Source of the DNA: Fistulifera solaris
Lineage: Eukaryota
Length of the DNA: 60,884 bases
Direction: 5' to 3'
Assembly: GCA_030295235.1 (NCBI GenBank)
Contig: AP026162.1
Location: 2,666,001-2,726,884 of the forward strand
Below are positions 1 through 11,534 of this stretch, piece by piece; positions within the stretch are counted from its first letter, which is position 1; each line of letters begins with the position of its first letter. The notes under the pieces were generated by a model, which was given only the letters and a program-made list of their open reading frames with translations, was not told the DNA's origin and ran no database searches. Position numbers and translations under genes: made by a program.

Positions 1-352
1 AAATTGTCGGGGTTCAGACAATTTTTATTTTGCGGTAAAACTCTGAATCAAAAATTGTATACCAGTTCGACAATTTTTGTCACCGTCGTAGAATTTGTAT
101 GACATTGCTACGTAACGCCGATTTGAGAATGTACCAGCGTTTCTACGTGAAAGACCCGGAAGTAAAAGGCAGAAAAACCTCAAAAATAGATTTAAAAACA
201 AAACATACCATTCTATTCAGTATTTTCTAATGCATCTAACTGATAAATTTGATCTTTTGTTTATTCATTATTTTGGTCAGAAACTGATGATTTAAATTAT
301 TTTCCAAAGGGTTAAGGATATGCTGTAGTAGTATTTGTACTTTGTACGTGAG

Positions 353-435
353 AAAAATTGTCTGGGTTCAGACAATTTTTTTATGTACTAGCTTACGTAA
401 AGCTACAGAAAATTGTCTGAACCCAGACAATTTTT
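353..435. repeat. Nested inverted repeat: two palindromic AAAATTGTCTG-N4-CAGACAATTTT motifs in opposite orientation, with related copies at 1-26 and ~50-78
   Basis: 353-380 AAAAATTGTCTG GGTT CAGACAATTTTT and 409-435 AAAATTGTCTG AACC CAGACAATTTTT are reverse complements. The spacer TAGCTTACGTAAAGCTA is itself near-palindromic. Confidence 0.85.
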
Positions 436-818
436 GAAAAGGTTGGGATATACTGTTTTGATCGGACAATAATTAATCCTTTCTTTGACGGCTTCATCCC
501 TTCATGAAGGGTTACACTGGACGAAGGGTTACAGAAGAAGATAAGAATAAGCGTCAGAAGCTGACTTACGGAGTTACGGAGTATATGTTTTCGTTTTGAT
601 ACGCGAGAAGAAAAATGGATTACGGTACCAGGTAAACCTCTATCCGCGCACGAGCGCATGAATAGCTCGGCAAGATGAATCCGGTACTTATTACGTCATA
701 GTATTAACGCGGATTCTGGTCTTGCGGAACTCACATAGAATAAAAATCTGCTTAGTCAACGCACTGCGCTTTTCGCTCACATTTTTAAGAAACCAAAGAC
801 TTTTCTATTGATCGCACA

Positions 819-1133
819 ATGAAGTTCTCCGCTGCCTCCACCTTCATCTTTGTTCTTCCCAACTCTATCTCTGCAGCAGACGTCACAAACAAAGACGACC
901 AGGACGTCTCGATGTTTGGTCGCTCAACCCGTTTCTTCAATGCTTTATGCTTGCCATTGTCCGATAATTGCAATAGAAAAAGTAAAGTAGCCGACTGCAA
1001 TGGGAGTGGTGACCCCTGCAGCAACAGCAAATCCTCTTGTGCAAAAACAGCCGAAGGTGGCGTAGTTTGCATTGTCGACGACGAGGACAATGGGGCCCTC
1101 TGCAGTTCGTCCAGAGATTGCAACAGCAAGTAA
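819..1133 (+). CDS. Small Cys-rich, probably secreted protein (104 aa), function unknown
   Basis: ATG follows an A/C-rich context. The N-terminus MKFSAASTFIFVLPNSISA is signal-peptide-like, and 8 Cys lie in the C-terminal 60 aa. Confidence 0.55.
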   Translation: MKFSAASTFIFVLPNSISAADVTNKDDQDVSMFGRSTRFFNALCLPLSDNCNRKSKVADCNGSGDPCSNSKSSCAKTAEGGVVCIVDDEDNGALCSSSRDCNSK

Positions 1134-2322
1134 GTAGATCAAATATAGCGCCCTGTATCCGTCAGGCGCATATAATCACTACACATGCATGAACTTTGGT
1201 TTTATTGCTAATGACTCATTGTGTAACATGATCCTCCAGTCAAGTTTGCGTTGCTCTCGGAGCTTGCTCTCCCGGTCAATGCTTCAAACAGGAACCCCGC
1301 TGAATACACCCAACTAGCGACAATAGCGAATTCTTGATAATAACAACTAAACACAATTTCAAGAAAAGTTTGCATGCAAACATAGCAACGCGTGCGAAGA
1401 AAGTGAATTGTGAGACCTCTTGAATTTTTTGCGATGGAGCAATCGATTTCCAGTGGCTAAGCCAAATCAAAATACGGTCGCGTTGACAATGTTTTGTTCG
1501 TCGAGATCCAGCCATCATAGCATTTGTTTCTCCCGTGAAAACTGCTTACTGAAGCATGATGGAATCTGACCCCCAAAGAGCAGTAGATCTAGCTCCATAG
1601 GCCCCATGCTTTTCATTATAACGGTTTTCCAGTATGCTTCAAACAAATCGAAATCCTTCTCTTCGTCAATTTTGTTGCGTTCCGATTTGTCAACCAAATA
1701 AACAATCTTATCCAGCTTCATGGTAGGGCGGTCGACTTAGCGCAACCTGATATTCATAAATTCGTCTGGCCACTCCAGGATTGCTTGATAGCTAACAAAT
1801 AAACCATCGTAACGTTATGCGTTTCATCGTATCGTCGTGGCGGCACTTCCTCGGAACCAATCAATGGGGGCTGTGTGGCAGTGCCTCGACAAATGGTTCG
1901 GTACACCACACTCTACTGTTTCTCCTGGAAACAAAATAGGTGGTTGTCACGGCAAGCAATGTTCTTCAAGCTCCATAAACACCTGCATTTTGAGCACTAA
2001 ATGAAACGAAGCGACAGGCGATTGTCGACCAAGGGTTTCATCCGCGCCTCGACTTCACTTTTCTTCGTACACATTTTAAGGAAGGACCCACAATAGAATC
2101 TGATGGAACGAGAGGAATGACGGTTCTTGTGTTGTATTTGTAATGCATGATGTGCAAGTGCGAAAAATGTGGGCGTGTTATCGTGTACAAGTATGTGCAA
2201 ACGAAAACGATCGCAGCGCGGTCGTTGGACGGACTGCCGTTTCTTTTTCTATGCGACTGATGACTCACCTTGATTTTCAGTCCCAACATTTGTTTCCTTA
2301 TTCTGATTTCATTGCAAATTGC

Positions 2323-2505
2323 TGATAAAACGTAGCGAATCGATTGAATTGCAAACAAACAAAAATTATAAAGTTAACGTGCGTTACATCGCTGGTTCCG
2401 CGAGGGTCTTTTCAGTCTTTCAAACCTTCGGCCGGCCGTTTATGTCGGCACCCGGCTAACCCCAATCCTTAGGATAGCCCGTGATCGACACACCACATTT
2501 TAACA
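2323..2505 (-). repeat. 3' LTR of copia element 1 (183 bp)
   Basis: Matches 8944-9129 except for three single-base indels. On the minus strand it is preceded by the purine tract GAGAGGAG (2506-2513). Confidence 0.95.
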
Positions 2506-2681
2506 CTCCTCTCAAGTAGATCGTTGTGAAGCGGTCAACTTGCAACAAAAGGTGTGTCATTCATTCACATCAAATTTAAGTGGTTCACACATGCTAATCC
2601 ACTTGCACACAAGATGGTTCTTCTTCCACACTAGGAAGCTTACTTCCACCTTCACAAAAGGGGCACATCTCGGGACCTAGG

Positions 2682-5600
2682 TTATTTTAACCCCGATCGA
2701 AAGATATGATGCAACAGATTGCTAACAAATCGAACTCTCTTCTCTCCATGAGGTAGTTGCTTTGTCAACAAATCAGCTTCATTGTCATGAGTATTCACAT
2801 AGCACGTTCGCCACTCGCTGCGCTACACCCTCACACGAACAAAATGGTACGCAATGCTTTGCGATTTCTTTTCAAAGTCGAATCCGGGATTGTTGTGTTA
2901 GCCAACACTGACTGATTGTCTCCTTCAATGTAACATGGCCCATCCACAGGTATTCCCATCATACGAAGCTTGTATCTCAGTCCTCTGAGGTACTCGCAGC
3001 ACTGTTTCATAGCGACAAACTCGGATCCAAAACTACTGCTTTCGACACTTGTCTGTTTCTTTGAATGCCAGCACACAAGCGCCATATTCAAATACACAAG
3101 AAAGCCAGTTCGTGATCTCCTGGTCAGAGAGTCTGATGCGTGGTCAGCGTCAACCTTAGCTCGAATAACGAACCCAATCCCGCGTGGTTCCGGCATGTTC
3201 GCCGGTATGGTCTCCTGACCTTGAACATGACCAAATTCACTCGAGGCCCAATCTCTCTCCTGGAACTTAGCCTCGTCAACAAAGGGTACAGTCGGATCAA
3301 ATACCATCTCGGCATTATGATACTTCTTGAGATAAGCAAAGATATGCAACACCTGTTCGAAATGTCCTTCACGCGGCATCGCCATGAACGAAGACAAAAT
3401 CGAAACCTCAAGACAAATGTCGACTCTTCCAAGCTCAACAATCCACCGTAGAACCCCAATCAAAGACATGTAATACGCGGCAAGCGTTGAATCCAATTCA
3501 GGACTTACATCTAGCTCTGATCGACACGAAGTTCGCATTGGAGTGTCTGCTTTCGCCGGAAGATTCCACCGACCCAATTTTCCAACGTACTTTTCAACGT
3601 TTACGACGGCTGCTTGGACATATTGCGATGAAGAAAAGGACCACGCTTGTGTGCCGTTCTCTAACTCCACTTTTCGCACACGTCCTCCAAGATAGATCTT
3701 CGGGCGGTCCAATCGATTCTTCTTTCAATTCAAAGTACTTGCCGATCTCTTCCCTCAAAACCCGTTCAGGATTTTCGCTCACACACAAAGTATCATCAGT
3801 GTAGAGAAGGATGTATTCGTAGTAGCTAGAGCCATCAGCCTTCTTGGCCGGTCTCATCCAAACATCCGGATCAGCTAGACATGAAGTGAAACCAAGATCC
3901 AACATGCCAGCACGCTAAGTGGTTCCGGAAATCTCTCCCAGCGGATTTTCCGCCATACAAGGCGCGATGTATTAGTGCCACACGACCAACATTCTCCAGT
4001 CCAAACTCGATGCCACAAATTACATAGTGCTTTTGCGAGGAAGGCGCCTGCAAATAGGGCGTTGCGAATATCAGCAGCACAGATGTCAACACCGTTAAGA
4101 GCAGCATACGTGAAAGCAATTCTGACGCTTTCCCTGGAGACAACACCAGCATAGGTAGATCCAATCGGGTCAGCAGTCTTATGCCCGTCCAGAACCCATC
4201 GAGCCTTTCGAGTAAAGTCCATCTTCACGTCGAAGACAAGATGTCCAGTCGCGAGGGCGTCCACCCAGGTGGTGCTTTCTTTCCTTCACCGAGGATCTCA
4301 AATGCCACTCCAACGTTGTACATCTCTTTGGCAATTGCATCTCGCCAGAAAGTGTTACCGTTTTGTCGGTCAATTTCGTGAGCTGCGGCGCTACGTCCCT
4401 GGGTATCTCGATCCCGTACTTATGCGTAGTACGTCGAAGTCTCGTCTTGAGCGCACCCAGGATTGCGTTCCGCTTCCGAAGAGTCATTGGTACCCACCAC
4501 GAAAACGCCGGTTCATCTTCAATGCCTCTTGCAACCGCAAATTCAGCCGTTTCAACTGGGTGGGAGTCTTTTAGATCCTTGAGATGAACCCACGACTCAT
4601 TACCGTCACGCCATCGAACAAGAAGTTTCCATCCTTGGGTCGTTTTACGCAATCGCTGGCTGTCCGGCGTGTGACAACACGAGCTTCACTCTTGCTTAGA
4701 GCTGTCTCCTCCTTCTTGTAGTCGACAATCCCTTCCATAAGGGACTTAGAGAATCCATCGTCGTCACATTGAGCAATCATGTTCTGAGCAATCAGGTTGG
4801 CGGAGTATTCACGAACAACACCGTCAGCAAACTCGACGTCGTACACAACAGTGTTCATTGCCGGGTTATCACTGTAGGTTCCAATTGTTCGCCCGTCGTC
4901 ACCAATCGTTCGTCCCACTACCCTGGCCGTTTCCACTTCACCGCCATCCTTTTGAAGCTGTACTTCAGCATTGATGATGCGATCGTAGACTGGTTGCTCG
5001 TTGAGAAGCACACCATTGGAATCAACCGGCTCTTCGATGTCTGCAAATTCTCTAGGCGCCTCGTCACCATCCTGGTACGGTTCCCACTCGTCACTGTCGT
5101 GCTCTTTGGCGTCGATAATCCTTTTGTCGCACTGGTGAGTCAATTGGTGGCGGTATCATTGCCGTCCCCCATCTCCTCTCAATGAGGCCGTCAAAAATTT
5201 CTCTTCGGACGCTTCTCTGTATCACTGTGGAGCTCGGCAATGGTCAGCGAGCTGCATTGTGCGACGAGGAACGACTCGACCATTCGCTTTCAGTACCCAT
5301 TGGGCCATTTCATTCCCAGCACCCTTTGCCGGTCCAAGAACGCGTCCAAGGATCTCCTTACTGACAGGAAAGTCGTTTTGCTGATCGCGGAAGTAGACCC
5401 ATTCATACCACCCAAATTGACACAAGTTGCTGATATCACCTGTATCACCTGTGACAAGAGTGTAAGGGTTCTGTCCGTGCAGATTGAAACGGTCCCGTGC
5501 AGTCATGTTATTGATCCGAGCGCCGCTCCAAGCAGTAGTCCCACAGAGGCATGGGGCTGTTCGCCTCCTTCATGTCATTCGAACAGCTTCCTTTAACAGT

Positions 5601-8600
5601 CCAATATAAAGTTCAGCCTTGTTCGACCACGGAGTATTCTCCTCTAAAGCACGTAATGTCGATCCAATGTCACGACAAAAGCGTCGCGCCCCGAGACTCC
5701 TGGTTTGTTCGCCGGACGCGTCACAAATGAATGCATCGGGAGCTCCCACTTCCTTTGCGAATTCCTTCATCGCTTGCAAGACTTCACCCTTCGATCTCAT
5801 CGGTACAACATGCACGAAACCCTTGTCTGACACAAACAGTTGACAACACGTGTGTCCTCGTTCAGACTTGCCTGTTTTGGACGTAGCAAAGAGGGTATCC
5901 ATGTAGAAGTACTCTTTGATGTGCTTGTAGCGAAGCATGCGATCGTTCGTTCCATAGTTGCGCGCCAACTTTGGGTTGTCTTGTCGTACGCGTTGATCGG
6001 TAACTTCAAGTGTCCGCTCGGCATCTTTGTGTTCAATTCGCCAAACCTTGGACAAGTGTGCAGCATCAACTCCCTGGTGCCTAATCCCGTGGGCAGCAGA
6101 GACCATGAACTCATCTAACTCGTCTCCTAATCCGGCTCGGGCAAAGTACTCTTCAGCTAGATCAACAGTGTCGTCTGCAATTGCGGCGACGAAAGCATCA
6201 GTCGCATCACCATCATGGTATAGATGTCGCTGAGAGGAAACAGTTGTCGCGCCAATCGCCATAGAAAATTCACCGCATTCGAGACACTCCTTCATCCTGG
6301 CTAGTAAACTGGAACAGTCGAGTTGTGGCGAGAATGGAAGAAACACGTGCTCTTCATCGGCATCTTCTGTAAAGTGAACTCTTTTTCGACGCGGCTCCTC
6401 TCCAGACTGCTTATGACAAACGATTCCCTATCGTTGTCTTGCACAGCCGTCATGAGATAGCGAGTCTTTGGTAGAGGCAACACCATTTCTCCGTTACAAT
6501 CCAGCATCGCCGCCTCATTTATCGCATAGCTGACGTTGTGAGGGTCCCATGCCGTCGGCGTCAACATATAGATATTCTCCGACTGTTGTAGTTGGAGGAG
6601 ACTCGGCTTGCTGGTTTGGAAGAAAGAAAACACACCATGCAAAGAAAGCGGTATCCGTAATCCCGTCTCCTGAAAATAAATCGCATGATTCTCAACGGTC
6701 GGATCCACAGTCTGAATCTTCGGAGTGTCGTCCACAGTGACACCAGCCTCGCGCATCACAAAAGGCGGTATCAAGTTGTTGTTCATATTCGGAACATAAA
6801 GTGCATTCCGAACAAGCAAAATGATTTCATCCCCACTGTATGGACACTCGTGAGAGCAAAGCTGCATCCACAAGTGAGCACTGCATTGGCTTGTAGTCTG
6901 GTGTGAACGCCGAAACATCCACAGTTTCCCCAGTTCTAGCAACCACAAATGCGTTCCGCCCGACGACTGGCATATTTGCATGTGTGTCCAATTCAGTCCT
7001 CGAAATCCCTGACGTATCTTGGTCATCAACGTCCATCGCACCGGTGTCCATGACAACGGCACGTGACGATGCAATCACGCTTGTCAGGTAATCGTTCGCG
7101 CGGTATGTCGCCCTCGGTCCCATGTTCGACTGTTCTCCGGCTGTGGCTTCTGACTTACCCTCCAATCATCATTGACTGGAGTAGTCGCTGCCGCCGGGCC
7201 CAGTCAACGAAGGTAGCGATGGCTCACAGGACGGCGAGGGCCAGCACGTCGGAGAGCTCGTTCATACGTCTCCCGTCAGCGCCACCTCAGATCCCGCCTT
7301 TGCTTCCTCTTCCGCATCCTGCGTTGGTCCAGAGGGAGACTCTTCTTGTGCATCCTTGACCTCAACAGACGACACGTTTCCACCCTGAGATGCCGAACCC
7401 GTGATCATTTGAAGAAGATTGCGCTTGCTGCTCCACAGCAGAGATCTGCTTGTTTCCACTTGTCTCCGTCGGCGCCGCCTGGCCACGGCTTTCCAAGTGT
7501 TTGTTCACCGCCTTCTCAACTGCAGCTGCTAGCGCCTTGGTCCGCTTGTCCTTCTTCTTCTGCTTCTTAGCTGGGTTCTTGAACTCGTCTGGGTTCTTGG
7601 CCCGGTAGTCCCGCAACTCGTTCCTTTGCTCAACGGTCAGTTTTGCATATTCCTTGTTCGTGTGGTAACGCAAGTGAACTCCACTCGACCCAATTCCTTG
7701 TTTCGCAGTTGCGCCGGACGACTCAGCATGTACATCAGAGATGGACGCATTATTTCTCTTGTTGGTCCCCGTCGTATTCTGGCGTTTTGGCAACAGGATC
7801 CTTTGGGAGTAAATAAGCGACCGCATCTTCAAAATTGTGCCTCTTGCCTCCAGGTGCGTCATCATTCTCGATGTGGGCAATTGCTGCCTGCAACCCCGCA
7901 TCGTCACAAATGATTTTGCTCAACAGGTTGGTCACTCGCGTATAACCATCAGGAAGCTGATGAGGTACGTGCTCGGCAGCAGCAGTCATCTGGATGTAGG
8001 CCGTGCGATGCTGCTGGACAAAACTCTCCAACGTAAAGTTTGAATTGCCTTTCCATTCTCTCACGAGCGCAATGATGTCCTTGTGCTTCGCAATAATGGC
8101 GTCCCATTTGTCCTTTCCAGCATACTGCGCCTTGAGTGCCAGGTAAGCTCCTCTTCCGTCCAAAGTACGCTTTAAACGGGGCAATTGAGTCGTGATAAAC
8201 CGTATTCCGTGTCGCCTCTTCAATCTTGAAATACACCTCCGCGTTGTCTTCCTTGAAGTTCGATCGGAATGAGAAGAACGATGGATCAAATCCTCCACAA
8301 TAGATCCATGCTTTTTCGGTGTAAGGCTGATTTTGCGCTCGAGCGGGGCATTCACGCGCAACATCAACCGTATCCCGAATCACGGCTGCCAAAGGCACAA
8401 ACCGAGTGCCAATGCACTGATAGCAATGGTCCTTGAAAGACTCAATCCACTTGACAAAAGAGACACCTTTTCCCAACTTGGGCACTTCGGGTTGCTCTTT
8501 CTTCTTTTTCGCCTTCAAGGCGTCCCACAGCTCCTGGAAGTTCTTAATAACCGGAGTATACATCATATCCTGCGCCGTAACCGCTCTTCCGATTGTATCA

Positions 8601-8904
8601 TAGAAGTGAAGGAGCTCAATAGCCGCTTCCAATCGAATCTCGCGATTTGATGGGGAAGGAAAATGGCTCGCGGGGAATTGTCGCTCCAGCTGGCGGGCCA
8701 CCAGCTAATCCTGCATTCGGATCAGGGACACGACCGGTACGAAGGCTCTCTCGCGATGCGCTTCACATCATCCGGCTTGAATGACAGCAAGTCATCGAAT
8801 GTAGAGATGCCATCTCTCACCAACTGCTCATGCGTCGCGACCGGAATTCCCATCTGTTCTGCAGCAGTGAAGAACGCCAAGTGCTGTTGTTGTGTAACCA
8901 CCAT
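2682..8904 (-). CDS. Gag-Pol of copia element 1, broken into many frames (probably indel errors)
   Basis: Start MVVTQQQHLAFF at 8904. Protease RTELDTHANMPVVG (~6990). Integrase core DTLFAT...FICDASGEQ...PWSNKAELYIG (5600-5900). RT GHLVFDVKMDFTRKARWV, ALYGGKSAG, LLYTDD. RNase H DADHA...SSFGSEF...EGDNQSV...NEADLLTK ending at ~2682. Confidence 0.9.
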
Positions 8905-8943
8905 GGTCACTCGCTGTCAAAGCTAAACTGGGTCTGAATAAAC

Positions 8944-9129
8944 TGATAAAAACGTGAGCGAATCGATTGAATTGCAAACAAACAAAAATTATAAAGTTAA
9001 CGTGCGTTACATCGCTGGTTCCGCTGAGGGTCTTTTCAGTCTTTCAAACCTTCGGCCGGCCGTTTATGTCGGCACCCGGCTAACCCCAATCCTTAGGATA
9101 GCCCGTGATCGACACACCACATTTTAACA
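8944..9129 (-). repeat. 5' LTR of copia element 1 (186 bp)
   Basis: Near-identical to 2323-2505. The gag ATG lies 40 bp downstream on the minus strand. Confidence 0.95.
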
Positions 9130-10119
9130 TTGCGACAACGACGAGCAGGCGAAATAACCGAGTGTAGTACAGACGGGAAGCCTCCGTGGTAGATGTAACA
9201 CTTGTAGTCATAATTTTACACCACTGCCTTATTTCGGGTTAAAAACCGGGGTTTCGCGATGAATCCCTCTGAAACGATGAAATACACAGGAAAACAATGG
9301 TAATATCGTAAGAGTAATGTTCCTTATGTATGTGTTACTAACTGTTGGGCTTGAGTGGTCAAGGAGATGATCTCGGCGTTGTCGGAAGTTGACAATTGTC
9401 CACATGAAAATGTGAGATCATGACCTTATGTATAGGTCGACCCCATGGAGTCATCATGTTAATCATATGTCTTGATTAGATGGCTGGGTTTGTGAGGTAA
9501 TTAGCGCTTATGAAGCACCGTTGCTTTCCTTTATTGACAGTTCTGGCTCTGTCGATGGATGCATCGGACCACAGTGATTATGTCACTTGTCGGGTAAAAT
9601 ATGGGGGACGCCCGTATACATGCTAATACACCTTTAATGCTAGAATACATAAATGAGTGAATTATTCACCCGATTGTTGCGAAGTCCTCATGGTGGAGGG
9701 ATGTTTTTCCTCCAGAGGCGGTCAAAGCACAACATCGTCGGATTTCGCGAGAAGTTGCGCAAGTGAAATCGTGTTGTGCGTGTATTTTGGCCTGTCCGAG
9801 GTCGTGTTCTATACTGTTTAGGCCGATCTGTCTTTTTTTGACTATGAACGGATTCAGAGCTAAATGAGGGTGTGGACGATTGTTCTGTATGGGCTAGTGT
9901 GTACAATGGCCTTACGTACATAAGGGCACTTTTGGCGCTTTACACTGGAGTTCCCTACAGTAAACAACACTCTCGAAGGGAGAGTAAAGGGGTCGGAATT
10001 TCGTGCAAACGTTTTAGCGACGATGCAGTTTCGCACACAAAAAGAAAAGAAAACGCCGTTTCGTTTTATCTCCCTCGCATTCCGATTTGTGAACTTTCTC
10101 TCCTTTCTCCTTGTTTACG

Positions 10120-11534
10120 ATGGCAGCCAATCTTGCTGCATTCAACAACTACCTCCGTGATGTCCTCTTTATTGAGGATGCGGCAGCTCGTCAGGCCATC
10201 AATGGCCAAGGCATTACCGCGTTTGACGACTTGACGCACCGGAGTGATAAGTACGTTCAGGAGATCTTTACGAAGATTCGAAACCCTGGGGGTTTGATTC
10301 CAAACCCAGCCTTTGTCCCTCCTGCGGTTGGAGCGGAGGCTGCACCGATGGTACCTGCGATGATTCCGAACCGTGGTATTGCGATTGGAGTCAATCTTGA
10401 GCTCCGTGTTCGTCAGCTTCGCTACTTCCTTTTCCACTTGCACCGCTTGCAGCGCGAGTTTGTTCCTGGCTTTGCAACTCTTGCTCGATTGGAACGCGCT
10501 TGGACTTTGGCGTGAGCGCATTCGTCGCATGCGTGAGACCAACAAAGATCTTCCTAAGATTGATGTGTTGTTGAAGGTGGAAAACGCTCGGAAGACGATT
10601 GAAGACATCAACGAGGTACTTGGCAATCACCTTGGAGCTTATGGTGCGCCTTTGTCGTACCTTGTGCGGGAGCATGTCGATCCCGATGGAATCGAAGGGG
10701 TTGATGATCCAGGTTTCGGTGTCCCTGATGCTATGTCGGAACTTGTTCGTCGTACTCGCCATGATGGAGACCAGTATGAAGAAGACAATATGATGCTGTG
10801 GAGCGTTATTCGTCAGGTTTCACACGGTGGACCAGCTTGGAATTGGGTTAAGCCTTTTGCTTACAGCAAGGATGGACGCGCCGCTTATTTTGCCTTGAAG
10901 ACTCACTATATGGGGCGTTCTTATCAGAAGCTTAACATTGCTCAGGCCGACCGAGTCCTTTCGACAGTCTTCTATGATGGAAAGGCGCGTAACTTTACCT
11001 TTGAAGACTACTGTCAGAAGCTTAACTTGGCTTTCTTGGACTTGGAAGAGGCGGGTGAGGTGATGACTGAAGATAGGAAGGTACGAATCTTTCTAGACAA
11101 CATCTGGGCAGATGAACTAAAGATGAGCGTCGAGCGCGTCCGGGCTGATGCTGTGTTGGAAAGTACCTTCGAAAACGCGATGAACTACTTGGCTGAGCAG
11201 GTTGATAGAAAGAAGCAAGATGCAGCAAAGACCCGTGGTTCCACTCGCAACATTTCTTCGGTTACCAGAAATTCTGGCGGCGGTAACAACAAGAAAGGTA
11301 GCGGCAAATCTGGTAAAGGAAAGGGCGGAAAAGCAAAGAGAGGCAAAGATGGTGTCCCGTACTACAAATGGAAGGAGTGGATCAAGTTACCGAAAGAGAA
11401 ACAGGAAGAAGTTCGCAATGCTCGTGAAAGGGCTAAGTCTGAGACGCTGAAATGCTTCAGCTGTTGAGACGGCTGACTCCGATAGTGACGATGTGGTTGA
11501 GTCGACAGGTAACCGCATGAGTCGACGACCTTGA
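10120..11534 (+). CDS. Gag of copia element 2 (two apparent frameshifts)
   Basis: MAANLAAFNNYLRDVLF..., DGRAAYFALKTHYMG, YDGKARNFTFEDY and a basic/Gly-rich tail YYKWKEWIKLPKEKQEEVR. Ends at TGA 11532-11534. Confidence 0.85.

Larger units (their letters stand above)
2323..9129 (-). mobile_element. Ty1/copia LTR retrotransposon (diatom CoDi-type), full length
   Basis: Direct LTRs at 2323-2505 and 8944-9129 (TG...CA). The flanks share TTGC/ATTGC (TSD) and a PPT abuts the 3' LTR. Gag, PR, IN, RT and RH fragments occur in copia order on the minus strand. Confidence 0.96.

Noticed and set aside
1276..2320. Short protein-like ORFs (also 20900-21800, 24560-25120, 37770-38940, 55860-56290)
   Set aside because: Fragmentary, with many stops and no recognisable family. 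They may be decayed genes but cannot be supported.
7201..7280. Readthrough stop between gag and pol in element 1 (TGACTG, TGACGG on the minus strand)
   Set aside because: Frames around the junction are scrambled by indels, so an in-frame relationship cannot be shown.
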